64,000 bases of DNA from Planctomycetota bacterium (GTDB lineage: Bacteria; Planctomycetota; GCA-002687715; DRQF01): contig JAZGFI010000288.1 of assembly GCA_036479435.1 (NCBI GenBank), positions 3,669-67,668 on the forward strand, in the 5' to 3' direction. Of the stretch, positions 39,476 to 48,881 are shown in pieces (positions within the stretch are counted from its first letter, which is position 1; every line of letters starts with the position of its first letter). The position numbers were made by a program, and so were the translations under genes. The notes below the pieces were generated by a model, which ran no database searches, was not told where the DNA came from, and worked only from the letters and a program-made list of their open reading frames with translations.

Positions 39476-41407
39476 ATGAGTACTGTGAACGCGAAAAGGA
39501 ACTTGTTCTTTTCAATCATTCTCTTGGTGGGAGTACTGCCGGGGATTGTACGCAGCCAAATTGCTCTTGAGATTGCGACCGAGTTTAGCCTCGGACAAAG
39601 TTCCGAGGGAGCCCGGAGTGAGCCGGTCGTGCTGGGCGACGATGCCTTCGCGATTCTGTGCCCCTCCTTTGACTCGGGTAACCTCGGCGCCCCCTTCTGC
39701 AACCTTATCGTGATGCGCCGCCTTCACGGCGTTCCCCTGTACAAGGCCATCGATTACCTCACCTCGGCGCCCACGGCCGACGATGTTTGGGTGAATCCCA
39801 TCGGTCTCAATTCGACGTCGATCCTGATTCCCGGCCCCGGTGCCGATGGTTTCTATGCCACGAGCGACGACGTTCTGTCAGTTTTCCGAGGCTTGGATTT
39901 CCCCTTGCTTGCCGTGCAAGAGGACTTCCTTCTCGGCATCGCTGGTCCGCGCCGGAATTCCGAAATTGTCTGCGTCGATGCCAACACGGTGATGTGGGTG
40001 GATTATGGCCCCGACGGCCTCGCCAACACCGGTGAGGAGTTTGTGAGGATCATCCGCGATCTCCAAGGTTCCCCTTACGCCGATAGCATTCCGCTGAGCT
40101 GGGGAGCTTCCGGTCGACTCGTCGAGATGGAACCAGGCTACGCCGCCGCCGTCTTGTCGGGCCCCGATGGCGTGTTCGACTCTCTAGATGACACGATGGA
40201 CATCTTGCATTTGGACTCGGTCGGGGGCACCGTCAACGTCATTCATCGCAAGTTTGTGGAGAAGCCCAGCACGCCTCTGCTCGGAGTTCGCTGGCCGATA
40301 CACATTGGCAACAACAAACTCATTTTCCCGAACCTCGGTCGAGATGGACGCTTTGGGTCATCGGATGATCAGCTCGTGTTTCTCGACACTCTCGACTACA
40401 CGAAGACCCGCGGCATCCAAATGGGAAACCACCACCCTTGGTCGACGATCTTTGGGCCCGCCAACGTGGATGTCGATGAGAACGGTACCATCATCATGAC
40501 CGCTGGCGGTTTTGACAACCTCCGTGGTACGCCCAATGACGAAATCATCTTTATCAGCTCACCGTTCATTGGCGCCGCCAACGTCGATGCCGTTGCCTTG
40601 ACCGTCGCCATTCACTCGAATTCGTTGTTCGAACCAACGAAGTCCGTGACCCTTTCTTCTGGCATCACCATGATCCCTTTCCGTGACACGACTACAGTTG
40701 GGTTCGTGAGTGCGGGGGTCATCATCATCAAGCCTGGTGCCTCGGGGCAACGTACGGCGACTCTCCACGACATGGGCGAAACTGTTGACAACATCGAAGC
40801 GCTTGGCGCCACGAGTGCAGCTGTCTTCACGTCCAGTGGAGCTGTATTTCATCTCTCGCACCTAGACCAGGCCTCTTACGAGACTCAGCATATTGCGGGA
40901 ATTGTCGCCGAAGATCCGAAGTTTGTGACCGTTGCCAGTAAGTCGGTCATGATCTCGACGGCCCCAGGCGTCATTGTCAACGGCTTCTACAACGACCGCC
41001 TGCAGCTTTGGCGTTTGCGCGCGACGCTTCCCTATGGCGAGCCCACGGCGAACGATCAAGGTTACGAGATGCGCCTGCGCGGCGACGGAACTTTGCCCAA
41101 GATCGACGGCCCCTTGTTCTGGATCACCCTGGAAAGTGCCCCTCCGTCTTCCTTCGGATACCTGTTGGTAGCGCCTTCGCGCGGCAGCTACATGCCGGCC
41201 TCTGACGCCGAGATTCTCATCAACACCGAATCGATGTTGACGCCAATCGCCTGGTCGACCGACCAAAACGGCAACAGCTCTTTCCCGGTCATTCCCCTTG
41301 GTGTTCCGGAACTTGCGGGCATCGCCTTCAACGTCCAATTCCTAATCGTCAACACCCAAAACCCACGCCAGTTCGAACTGTCCAACGGCCTGACGATGGT
41401 CTTTTAA
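39476..41407 (+). CDS. Secreted repeat protein with GxDG-x(4-5)-DD loops and a C-terminal domain
   Basis: Signal peptide; GADGFYATSDD, GPDGLANTGEE, GPDGVFDSLDD, GRDGRFGSSDD, GFDNLRGTPND about 55 aa apart. Confidence 0.75.
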   Translation: MSTVNAKRNLFFSIILLVGVLPGIVRSQIALEIATEFSLGQSSEGARSEPVVLGDDAFAILCPSFDSGNLGAPFCNLIVMRRLHGVPLYKAIDYLTSAPTADDVWVNPIGLNSTSILIPGPGADGFYATSDDVLSVFRGLDFPLLAVQEDFLLGIAGPRRNSEIVCVDANTVMWVDYGPDGLANTGEEFVRIIRDLQGSPYADSIPLSWGASGRLVEMEPGYAAAVLSGPDGVFDSLDDTMDILHLDSVGGTVNVIHRKFVEKPSTPLLGVRWPIHIGNNKLIFPNLGRDGRFGSSDDQLVFLDTLDYTKTRGIQMGNHHPWSTIFGPANVDVDENGTIIMTAGGFDNLRGTPNDEIIFISSPFIGAANVDAVALTVAIHSNSLFEPTKSVTLSSGITMIPFRDTTTVGFVSAGVIIIKPGASGQRTATLHDMGETVDNIEALGATSAAVFTSSGAVFHLSHLDQASYETQHIAGIVAEDPKFVTVASKSVMISTAPGVIVNGFYNDRLQLWRLRATLPYGEPTANDQGYEMRLRGDGTLPKIDGPLFWITLESAPPSSFGYLLVAPSRGSYMPASDAEILINTESMLTPIAWSTDQNGNSSFPVIPLGVPELAGIAFNVQFLIVNTQNPRQFELSNGLTMVF

Positions 41408-41482
41408 AATGGCCTAACGACGGCCTCTTGATAACAAGCGGGGCTAGCGCCATCCGGCTCTAGCCCTGCATCCATCCAAACC

Positions 41483-41521
41483 AAACCCTGAACCTTTGCG
41501 TCAGACCAAAGTCAACACCCT
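41483..41521 (-). repeat. Reverse-oriented copy of the 29970-30008 element
   Basis: Reverse complement agggtgttgactttggtctgacgcaaaggttcagggttt matches 29970-30008 at 36/39 positions. Confidence 0.85.
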
Positions 41522-41585
41522 ATGCGGCCCTCGTTCCCGAAGCGCCGTCGCCAAGACTCCAAACACCTTCGGTCAGATCACCGAC

Positions 41586-42221
41586 TCAGCTACTAAGAAC
41601 CCGGTCGACGAGCTCCTCCAAGGCCTTGGCCTCGCCGAGGGTGGCCGCCATGAGTTCGTCGAGACGGTCCTTTGTCTTGGCGTAGTCGCAGCCCTTGAGT
41701 CCGGCCAAGTTGATCTTGACGTTCATGGCCGCGGCCTTGGCACCACAGGTGACCAAAAGCGCCGCGATTCCGGCGTCGGAGACGGCGTTCTGGTTGCCGG
41801 ATTCGGCGGCGAAACGGATGGCGGGCAAAAGATCGCGGCAAGCTTCGAGGGTTCTTAGCGGGACTTCGCTGGCGTCCAAAGTCGCGAGTCGGATCGCCTC
41901 TTTGCGGGCGGCTTTCGCGTCGTCATCGCCTTTGGGCAATTTCCAGGCGGCCATGTAGGCGGCAAAAACTCTTGCGTCGTCGTCCATGAGCTGTCGCAAC
42001 TTGTAGCGTGCGGTTTCGAGGGGGGCGAGCCGTTCTTTGAACTCGTTTTCGACGGCGGCGTACTTCTTTTTGCCGATCGTAAGATTGGCGACCATCGAGG
42101 TTAGGGCTGCCCCCAGGGCCCCGCAGAGTCCGGCGACGGCACCGCCTCCGGGCGTAGGGGCTCCCGAGGCGAGGTCGCGGAGGAATTCGTCTAACAGGGG
42201 GTTTGCGAGATCGTCGCTCAT
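41586..42221 (-). CDS. Formiminotetrahydrofolate cyclodeaminase/cyclohydrolase family protein
   Basis: LASGAPTPGGGAVA, MVANLTIGKK, GNQNAVSDAG, NVKINL. Confidence 0.9.
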   Translation of the reverse strand: MSDDLANPLLDEFLRDLASGAPTPGGGAVAGLCGALGAALTSMVANLTIGKKKYAAVENEFKERLAPLETARYKLRQLMDDDARVFAAYMAAWKLPKGDDDAKAARKEAIRLATLDASEVPLRTLEACRDLLPAIRFAAESGNQNAVSDAGIAALLVTCGAKAAAMNVKINLAGLKGCDYAKTKDRLDELMAATLGEAKALEELVDRVLSS

Positions 42222-43513
42222 GTCTGTTGGTTCCCGTGGTTGGTGGCGATGCGCTGCCCTTGGTGCACGACGTGCTGCCCGTTTTTGACGACGTCGCGAA
42301 CGATGTTGTTGCCAAACTGGTAGGGCAAAAACTGAGGGCTTGGGGCGTCAATGGCGATGAGGTCGGCGCGCAGTCCGGGTGCCAGGCGACCGCGGTCGGC
42401 GGCCAAACCCAATGATGCCGCGGCGTTCACCGTGGTGGCGTTGAAGATTTCGGCCGTTGACAAACCGTAGTTAATGGAGGCCAGAGTCATGATCATGGGC
42501 ATCGACTGCGTGTGGCAAGAGCCGGGGTTGTAGTCCGTCGCCAACGCAATCGGAAGCCCGGCGTCGATCATGCGCCGCGCCGGGGCGTGTGAGGGCAGAT
42601 TCAAAAAGAAAGACGTGCCCGGCAATAGGACCGGGATGGTGCCCGCCGCCTTCAAGTCTTCGATACCCTGGTCAGAGATGGCCACTAAGTGGTCAGCCGA
42701 GATGGCGTCGACTTCGGCCGCGAGCTCGGCTCCGCCGGTGGATTCAATTTCGTCGGCGTGAAGGCGCGCCCGAAGCCCCGCGGCTCGCGCCGCCATGAGG
42801 ATGCGCCGTGACTCGTCGACGTTGAAGACATGCTCTTCACAGAACACATCGCAGAAAACGGCGAGGCCCTCGCTCGCGACGGCGGGAATCATCTCGTTGA
42901 TGATGAGGTTGATGTAGGACTCGCGATCGTCCCGCCACTCGTCCGGAATCTCATGGGCTCCCAAGAAGGTGGGAACGAAGCCCAAGGGGTGGGATTCGGC
43001 GACCCGTCGAATCGCGCGCAGCGACTTGAGCTCATCCTCGGTGCTCAGTCCGTAGCCACTTTTGGCTTCGAGGGTGGTCGTTCCGAGCTCCAAGAAACGA
43101 TCGGCGCGGATGCGAAGCTTGGCAACCAGTTCGTCCTCGCTGGCTTCGCGCAGCGACCTAACCGAGGAGCGGATGCCCCCGCCAGCCTTGGCGATCTCGA
43201 CGTAGGAGCGACCCTGGTTTCGCATCTCAAACTCAGCCTCGCGGCTCGCGTTAAAAACGGGGTGTGTATGCGGGTCCACGAAACCGGGCATGACCAACAA
43301 ATCGCCCCAGTCCAGTTCGCAAGTGGCTTGGTAGCGCTGGCGGAGGTCCGCAAGAGGCCCGAGGGCTTCGATGCGGTCGCCTCTAATCGCCACGGCCAGT
43401 CCCGAGGACTGCGCCATTTGATTCATCTCGGCGCCCGATCGAGGTCCAGGCCCCGGCGCGTCGAGGGTGATCCAAGGTCCGCGGCTGAATACCAATAAGT
43501 CGATGTTTTCCAT
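42218..43513 (-). CDS. hutI: Imidazolonepropionase
   Basis: PGFVDPHTH, GGGIRS, EAKSGYGL, FLGAH, DVFCE, HADEI, SADHL, ATDYNPGS. True start is ATG 43513; the 664-aa track ORF is over-extended. Confidence 0.95.
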   Translation of the reverse strand: MENIDLLVFSRGPWITLDAPGPGPRSGAEMNQMAQSSGLAVAIRGDRIEALGPLADLRQRYQATCELDWGDLLVMPGFVDPHTHPVFNASREAEFEMRNQGRSYVEIAKAGGGIRSSVRSLREASEDELVAKLRIRADRFLELGTTTLEAKSGYGLSTEDELKSLRAIRRVAESHPLGFVPTFLGAHEIPDEWRDDRESYINLIINEMIPAVASEGLAVFCDVFCEEHVFNVDESRRILMAARAAGLRARLHADEIESTGGAELAAEVDAISADHLVAISDQGIEDLKAAGTIPVLLPGTSFFLNLPSHAPARRMIDAGLPIALATDYNPGSCHTQSMPMIMTLASINYGLSTAEIFNATTVNAAASLGLAADRGRLAPGLRADLIAIDAPSPQFLPYQFGNNIVRDVVKNGQHVVHQGQRIATNHGNQQT

Positions 43514-43666
43514 GGGCGTGGAGGGTAGCGTCTGAATCCCCGGACTGGCAAGTTGGTGTCGAAAATCCGGATCTGGGTCTTGGTATCTTGCCATCGCGCC
43601 GCATCTTTGTTGAGCTTGGGCGTGCAAGAATCTAGCTGCCATCCTCGTAATCCTTGGAGCCCCCAC

Positions 43667-44659
43667 ATGTCTGCTCTGCGTATCCTCCTCGCCGCTGTGT
43701 TGGCGTTGTCGTTTGTTGCCTGCGGAGACGATGAGCCGAAAGACATCAAGACTTACAAAAAGAAGGGCTCGGACACGATGAAGAAGGAGGGCACCGCCCT
43801 CAGCGAAGAAGAAAAGCAACGTCGCGAGCAGGCCGCAGCCGAACGCAAAGAGACCGAGGCGTCCAACAAACGCTTGAGCCGCGCCGCGGGTCATCTGACT
43901 AAGGCGAAGGACAGCTTTGAGATCGCGGAGGCCCTCGCCGAGTTTCAGGCCGAGGGCGCCCGGGCGGCGACCTATATTGATCGCGTCGAAAAATTCGTCG
44001 ATCACGAGGACGCCGAAGTCCGCGCTCAGGCGATCAAGACCGTAGCCTCCGTAAAGGGGGTCAAGGCGCGCGAGATGCTCGAGAGAATTCTCAACAACGC
44101 CGATGAAGACGAATACGTGCGCACCGCCGCGATCGTAAGTTGGACCCGTGCGGGCTTGACGGATTCGGGACCTATTGAGGCTTTGCTCGACGATATTGAC
44201 CCAGGCATTCAACGCGAGGCTCTGAAATACCTCATGGTCGACAAGCCAACGGGCACGCGACTTGAATTCATCAGAGGCAAACTCAGCGACCTGGCGGGGC
44301 CGGCCGCGAAGCTCGGTTTACAGTGGCTCATGAAGCGCCGTGATCAGATCGTCGACTTGCCCAGTTTCGTGGTGGAGATGCTTGATCACCAAGATTCGAG
44401 GACGCGAGCCCTTACCGTTGCCTTGGCCGGAGATGCGAGCCTCAACAAGTACGCGGTAGCCGAGAAATTCATGCGCTCGATGATCGACGACCCGAATTTA
44501 GTGGTCCGCAAAGAAGCTCAAAAACTCCTGACCGCCTGGGCCGGGTCGAAGGCTCTGCCAAGCTACGATGCCGAAGCTGACGAAGAAGCGCGGCGAGCTG
44601 CGGTCGAGAAGTGGCTTTCGTGGTTGAGCGACAATGAGGCCAAGTTTCCCAAGAATTGA
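43667..44659 (+). CDS. HEAT repeat lipoprotein
   Basis: MSALRILLAAVLALSFVAC lipobox; HEAT motifs DAEVRAQAI, DEYVRTAAI, NLVVRKEA. Confidence 0.8.
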   Translation: MSALRILLAAVLALSFVACGDDEPKDIKTYKKKGSDTMKKEGTALSEEEKQRREQAAAERKETEASNKRLSRAAGHLTKAKDSFEIAEALAEFQAEGARAATYIDRVEKFVDHEDAEVRAQAIKTVASVKGVKAREMLERILNNADEDEYVRTAAIVSWTRAGLTDSGPIEALLDDIDPGIQREALKYLMVDKPTGTRLEFIRGKLSDLAGPAAKLGLQWLMKRRDQIVDLPSFVVEMLDHQDSRTRALTVALAGDASLNKYAVAEKFMRSMIDDPNLVVRKEAQKLLTAWAGSKALPSYDAEADEEARRAAVEKWLSWLSDNEAKFPKN

Positions 44660-45016
44660 GATTCTGCGAGCCGGGTCAGGATTGTCGCTGCCCGCCGCCC
44701 GCTTCGCAAATTGGCCCGAAATAACCATGCTAAGTCCCGGCAGGGCGGTAGTTTGGCCCAAGACCCTGCGGTAACACGCCGTTTTAGGGGGCAGAATTGA
44801 CGGGCTTTTTTTCTGCGGGATACGGTCCGCGAGGCTAGGTAAGTCGATCAAAGATGGGCGGCGGCGGTGCGGAAGATCTAAAAGCGCTCCTATCGCGGAG
44901 CTTTGTCCGTATCATGATGCGGGTCAGTTGAGACCCGGTGATAGGGCGCAATGCGACCCAGTTCCTGTTTCTATTCATGAGCGTACTTTACGGTCCACTA
45001 AGGAGACACTGAGTCG

Positions 45017-46285
45017 TTGACCGACAAGCTACCGTTACTGCTCGCGATTGCGTCGGCGGCCCTCTACGCCGTTGGAGTCGCGGCCGATAGTGCTCTGCTG
45101 CACTTCAGTCACAACAAGCTTGAGAAGTTTCTCAATGACGAGGCGCGGCACCAATCCGTCGCACAGCGATTGAAGGACTTCGATGGCTACGTGCTATCTC
45201 TGGCTATCTTCAATCGCCTCTCGATCACCTTATTCATTGGCGCCTTTTTTTGGTGGCGCCATCAAGTCTTGCCGCAGGTGGCCCCGCAGGGCTCCAGCGT
45301 CAGCTACCTGACAACCTTCCTTTTGGCGATCGCTTTTTGCGCCGTCTTAATCGGCGGTCTGGTGCATGCCGTCGTGCGTCAGCACGCCGAACGTGTGCTC
45401 TTGACCTTGTTCGTCTTTGTGGTTGCCGTCCATCGTGCGCTTACTCCCTTGCGTCGCCCGATCGAGGCGATCGCTCGTTTGGGCGTCGGCCAGCCCGAGC
45501 TCAGCGATGAGGAAGACGCGGTCGAGGAAATCCTCGATGCCGTGGCTGAAGGGGAAGCAGAGGGCACGATTGCTGAAGGTGCCGCCGAAATCATCGAAAA
45601 CATCATGGAGTTCAAAGACAGCACGGTGCGCGAAGTGATGACGCCGCGCACCTCCATGATTTGCGTTCGGTCGGACAAAAATATTGATGACGCAATGGCA
45701 CTCGTCGAAGAACACGGCTATTCCAAAATACCGCTCTACGGTGAGAATCGTGACGACATCGTGGGCGTGGTGTTCCTTAAAGACATCATGCGTCGCCGCC
45801 GCGAAGGCAACGATCTCAAGCTGGCCGACCTCGCCCGCAAGGCTTTTTTCGTGCCGGAGACTAAGCGAGTCCATGAGCTGCTGAAGGAGTTTCAGCTGCA
45901 AAAGAGCCAGATTGCGATCGTCATTGACGAATTCGGTGGCACGTCGGGGCTCGTGACCGTCGAAGATATTGTCGAGGAAATCGTGGGCGAGTTAGAAGAC
46001 GAGTTCGACACCTCAGGCACGCCGGACATCGATCAGCTCGGCGAACGCGAGTTCGAGATCGACGCGAAAGTGTCGATCGACGAGCTGAACGACATGTTGG
46101 AGTTAGAGTTGCCGCAGGACGGCGACTACGAAACCGTCGGCGGATTCTTGTCGGCCCGGCTCGGCAAGGTTCCCGAACCCGGCGAGGAAACCGAGTATGA
46201 AGGCGTTAACTTTGCGGTCACCGAGGCTGACGAGCGCCGCGTGAAACGCGTTCGGGTGACGGTCAGTCAATCCGTCGAAGGCTGA
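45017..46285 (+). CDS. Hemolysin/CorC-family (CNNM + CBS pair + CorC_HlyC) transporter-associated protein
   Basis: N-terminal TMs, VREVMTPR, GYSKIPLY, FVPETK, VIDEFGGTSGLVTVEDIVEEIVGE, YETVGGF; RBS aaggag. Confidence 0.9.
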   Translation: MTDKLPLLLAIASAALYAVGVAADSALLHFSHNKLEKFLNDEARHQSVAQRLKDFDGYVLSLAIFNRLSITLFIGAFFWWRHQVLPQVAPQGSSVSYLTTFLLAIAFCAVLIGGLVHAVVRQHAERVLLTLFVFVVAVHRALTPLRRPIEAIARLGVGQPELSDEEDAVEEILDAVAEGEAEGTIAEGAAEIIENIMEFKDSTVREVMTPRTSMICVRSDKNIDDAMALVEEHGYSKIPLYGENRDDIVGVVFLKDIMRRRREGNDLKLADLARKAFFVPETKRVHELLKEFQLQKSQIAIVIDEFGGTSGLVTVEDIVEEIVGELEDEFDTSGTPDIDQLGEREFEIDAKVSIDELNDMLELELPQDGDYETVGGFLSARLGKVPEPGEETEYEGVNFAVTEADERRVKRVRVTVSQSVEG

Positions 46286-46287
46286 CT

Positions 46288-47118
46288 TTGCCGCGCCCCT
46301 CGTCATCTGGCTCAGGTGTGGCCGAAGTCACGACGACGGCGCTCTTACTGCGGCGCTACGATTTTGGCGAAACGAGCCAGATCGGGCATTTGCTCGGCGC
46401 GGCCGAAGGCCGGGTATCCGTTCTCGCCAAGGGCATCAAAAAACCCAACCCGCGCCTGAAGGGCCCGTTTGACCTCTTTCAGTGGGCGCGTGTCCGCTAC
46501 CGCCGTCGCGCCGGCAGTGACCTGGCACTCTTGACTTTCTACGAACCTCTCACCGGTTTTCGCGGCCTGCGCAGCCGCCTGGATCGCTTTTATGCCGCGG
46601 CTTATTTGTGCGAGCTCGTTTACGAGTTGGCTCCTGAGCGCCACTCCCAGCCAGATTTGTTGCGCGCAGCTCTCGCCGGGCTCAAGGCCCTCGCAGGGGT
46701 GCCGCGAGGTCGCAGCTCTTCGGTCCTCGTGGCCAGCGAGCTTCAGATCTTGGAAGCCACGGGCTTTCGACCCGATCTCGACCGTTGCGTCGGCTGCGGC
46801 CGGCCCTTGCGGGCCGAATCCACACGCTTTTCGCCCCGTTTAGGCGGGTTTTTGGGAGAGGAGTGCCCGACCCAGGGCTCGTCGCTGCAATTTTGTTCGG
46901 CCGGCAGCCGGGCCGCGCTCGCGGCTCTGTGGCGTGCCGGGCCGGCCTCCGCCGCTTCACTTCGCCTCGATCGTCGCCAGGAGTCGGAACTCAGGAGCTT
47001 GTTTCGCGAGCACGGACGCGAAATCCTAGAGAGACCTCTTCGCAGCGAGCCTTTCGTCACTGACGTCCGATACGGTTTTCCTCGGTTAGGAACGTGCGCG
47101 TCCAAGCTCGGGCCCTGA
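46288..47118 (+). CDS. recO: DNA repair protein RecO
   Basis: LLRRYDFGETSQI, GRVSVLAKG, GFRPDLDRCVGCG zinc region. Confidence 0.88.
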   Translation: MPRPSSSGSGVAEVTTTALLLRRYDFGETSQIGHLLGAAEGRVSVLAKGIKKPNPRLKGPFDLFQWARVRYRRRAGSDLALLTFYEPLTGFRGLRSRLDRFYAAAYLCELVYELAPERHSQPDLLRAALAGLKALAGVPRGRSSSVLVASELQILEATGFRPDLDRCVGCGRPLRAESTRFSPRLGGFLGEECPTQGSSLQFCSAGSRAALAALWRAGPASAASLRLDRRQESELRSLFREHGREILERPLRSEPFVTDVRYGFPRLGTCASKLGP

Positions 47119-47202
47119 CCGCGCAAGTGGCCGCGATTGGTGCCGGCGGTGGTTGGGATGGCTTCCCTGTGGTTATCATGGGCTCAGCAACCCGAGGTCA
47201 AC

Positions 47203-48348
47203 ATGAACCGAATTTCGATCGCTTTCTTGATTCTCTTGTCCGTCGCGTCGATGACGAGCTGTAGCAGCTTCGGTCGCAAGCTGAATCAGTCTTTGCCGGA
47301 CTTTCTTCGGTCCAACCCGGGCGAAGACGAAGTCTTGCGCTACCAGGAGCGGGTTCGCGTCCTGAATCGCAACGAGGCCGATTTGGAAGCCGTTGATAAG
47401 GCTTACGAAGCCGCTCAGGCGCTCGAAAAGGAAGAAGAGTGGGGCGACGCCGCCGAAGCCTACGAGGAGTTCATCAAGAATTTCCCCGACACGCGCCACG
47501 ACGAAGAGGCACATTTTCGGCTGGTCATGGCTCACCGCAGGGACGAAGAGGAGTTTGAGTCCTCCCAAGCGCTCAAGAAGTTTCTAAAGCGGTATCCGAT
47601 TTCTCGACACAACAAAGAGGTCGAGAAACTCAGCTACGACATGGCGACCGAGTACGTCAACGGCGATCACGATGGATTCTTGTTCGGCAACCGCAACAAT
47701 GGCGTGGAACTTTTTCGTGAGCAGGTCCTAAACTTTCCGAACGGTGTCTACGCTCCCGACGCCTACTGGCGTCTCGGTAATCACTACTACGACAACGACG
47801 AGTACTTCGAGGCCGCAGCGGCCTACGACACTCTCTTGGAACGCTACGGCGATTCGCAGTGGGCCAGTCGCGCGCTCTACAACCGCGCCCTGACGCGGAT
47901 GACGCAGATAAAGGGCATTGACTACGACCAACAGGTCATGGAGCAAGCGGTCGACGACTTTAAGTCCTACCTCCGTAAATATCCCGAAGCTGATCGTCGC
48001 GAAGATGCTGCGGTTTATATCGAACAGATTGAGAACATGATCTGCGAAAAGCAGATCTCAATCGCGAACTGGTACGACGGCAGAGGCTACCCCGGTGCCG
48101 CGCGCTACTACCTCGTCAAGGCGAAGCGAGACTGGGGCCACACTGAGGCTTCTGCGGCCATCGACGGGCAGCTCGCATCCTTGCCCGACGACGAGGGGAT
48201 CGAAGTCATCTTGTCGCGCGATTTGCCCACGCCGCCGTCAACGAGCCAGCCCAGCCTTGATTCCGACGGCATGGAGGACATCCGCGACGAGGTTCCCGGC
48301 CCGGTGCTGCTGCCTTCGGCGTCACAACCCGCGAGCGGGACTCCTTGA
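47203..48348 (+). CDS. bamD: BamD-like TPR outer-membrane lipoprotein
   Basis: MTSC lipobox; TPRs; YDQQVMEQAVDDFKSYLRKYP; IANWYD..GYPGAARYY; precedes lptE. Confidence 0.75.
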   Translation: MNRISIAFLILLSVASMTSCSSFGRKLNQSLPDFLRSNPGEDEVLRYQERVRVLNRNEADLEAVDKAYEAAQALEKEEEWGDAAEAYEEFIKNFPDTRHDEEAHFRLVMAHRRDEEEFESSQALKKFLKRYPISRHNKEVEKLSYDMATEYVNGDHDGFLFGNRNNGVELFREQVLNFPNGVYAPDAYWRLGNHYYDNDEYFEAAAAYDTLLERYGDSQWASRALYNRALTRMTQIKGIDYDQQVMEQAVDDFKSYLRKYPEADRREDAAVYIEQIENMICEKQISIANWYDGRGYPGAARYYLVKAKRDWGHTEASAAIDGQLASLPDDEGIEVILSRDLPTPPSTSQPSLDSDGMEDIRDEVPGPVLLPSASQPASGTP

Positions 48349-48881
48349 AGCGCTCCTACTTTTCGGCGCTCTTGATTCTTGTCGTTGGCAGCACGGTGGG
48401 CTGCGGCTACAGCTCAAAGTCCCTTTTGCCTGCGGGCGCGACGTCGATTGCGATCGAAATTTTCGAAAACGACACGTTTTATCGTGAGATCGAGTTCGAC
48501 TTGACGCGCGAGATCGCCAGTGAGTTCCGGCGCCGCACCCACTATTCGATCGCCTCTCGTAGCCGAGCGGACCTCATCATGACGGGCCGGATTGTTGATG
48601 TTCGCCGTCCCACTCTCGTGGAGAGCGACAACGATTTTGTCAGCGAGCAAGGGGTGATTGTCAGCGCCGAAGTCGTTCTGACCGATCCCCGCACGGGGCT
48701 CATCGTCGAGACTTTTAGAGCATCCCGCCGCACCGAGTTTGTCGTAGAACGGGGCGAAAACCTGAACTCTGCCTTTGCGGAGGTGGTCGAGGAACTGGCT
48801 GAGCGCATCGTCGATCTACTGGAAAGCGGAAGTTTTCGCGAATCTCTCCAAGGTCTCCGGGCCGGAGACGAGAATTCCTGA
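48345..48881 (+). CDS. lptE: LptE-family lipoprotein
   Basis: VGCGYS lipobox, SIAIEIFENDT, ADLIMTGRI, ELAERIV. Confidence 0.75.
   Translation: MKRSYFSALLILVVGSTVGCGYSSKSLLPAGATSIAIEIFENDTFYREIEFDLTREIASEFRRRTHYSIASRSRADLIMTGRIVDVRRPTLVESDNDFVSEQGVIVSAEVVLTDPRTGLIVETFRASRRTEFVVERGENLNSAFAEVVEELAERIVDLLESGSFRESLQGLRAGDENS

Noticed and set aside
29970-41521. Composite transposon bounded by the inverted 39-bp repeats
   Set aside because: No transposase or integrase is present and the interval holds core genes (gpsA, plsY); kept only as a dispersed repeat.
43514-44212. Apparent 232-aa N-terminal extension of HutI (664-aa ORF)
   Set aside because: Mostly antisense to the HEAT lipoprotein gene; HutI homology starts at ATG 43513.
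45017-46285. 'Hemolysin' as a toxin
   Set aside because: The CNNM/CBS/CorC architecture indicates cation homeostasis, not a pore-forming toxin.
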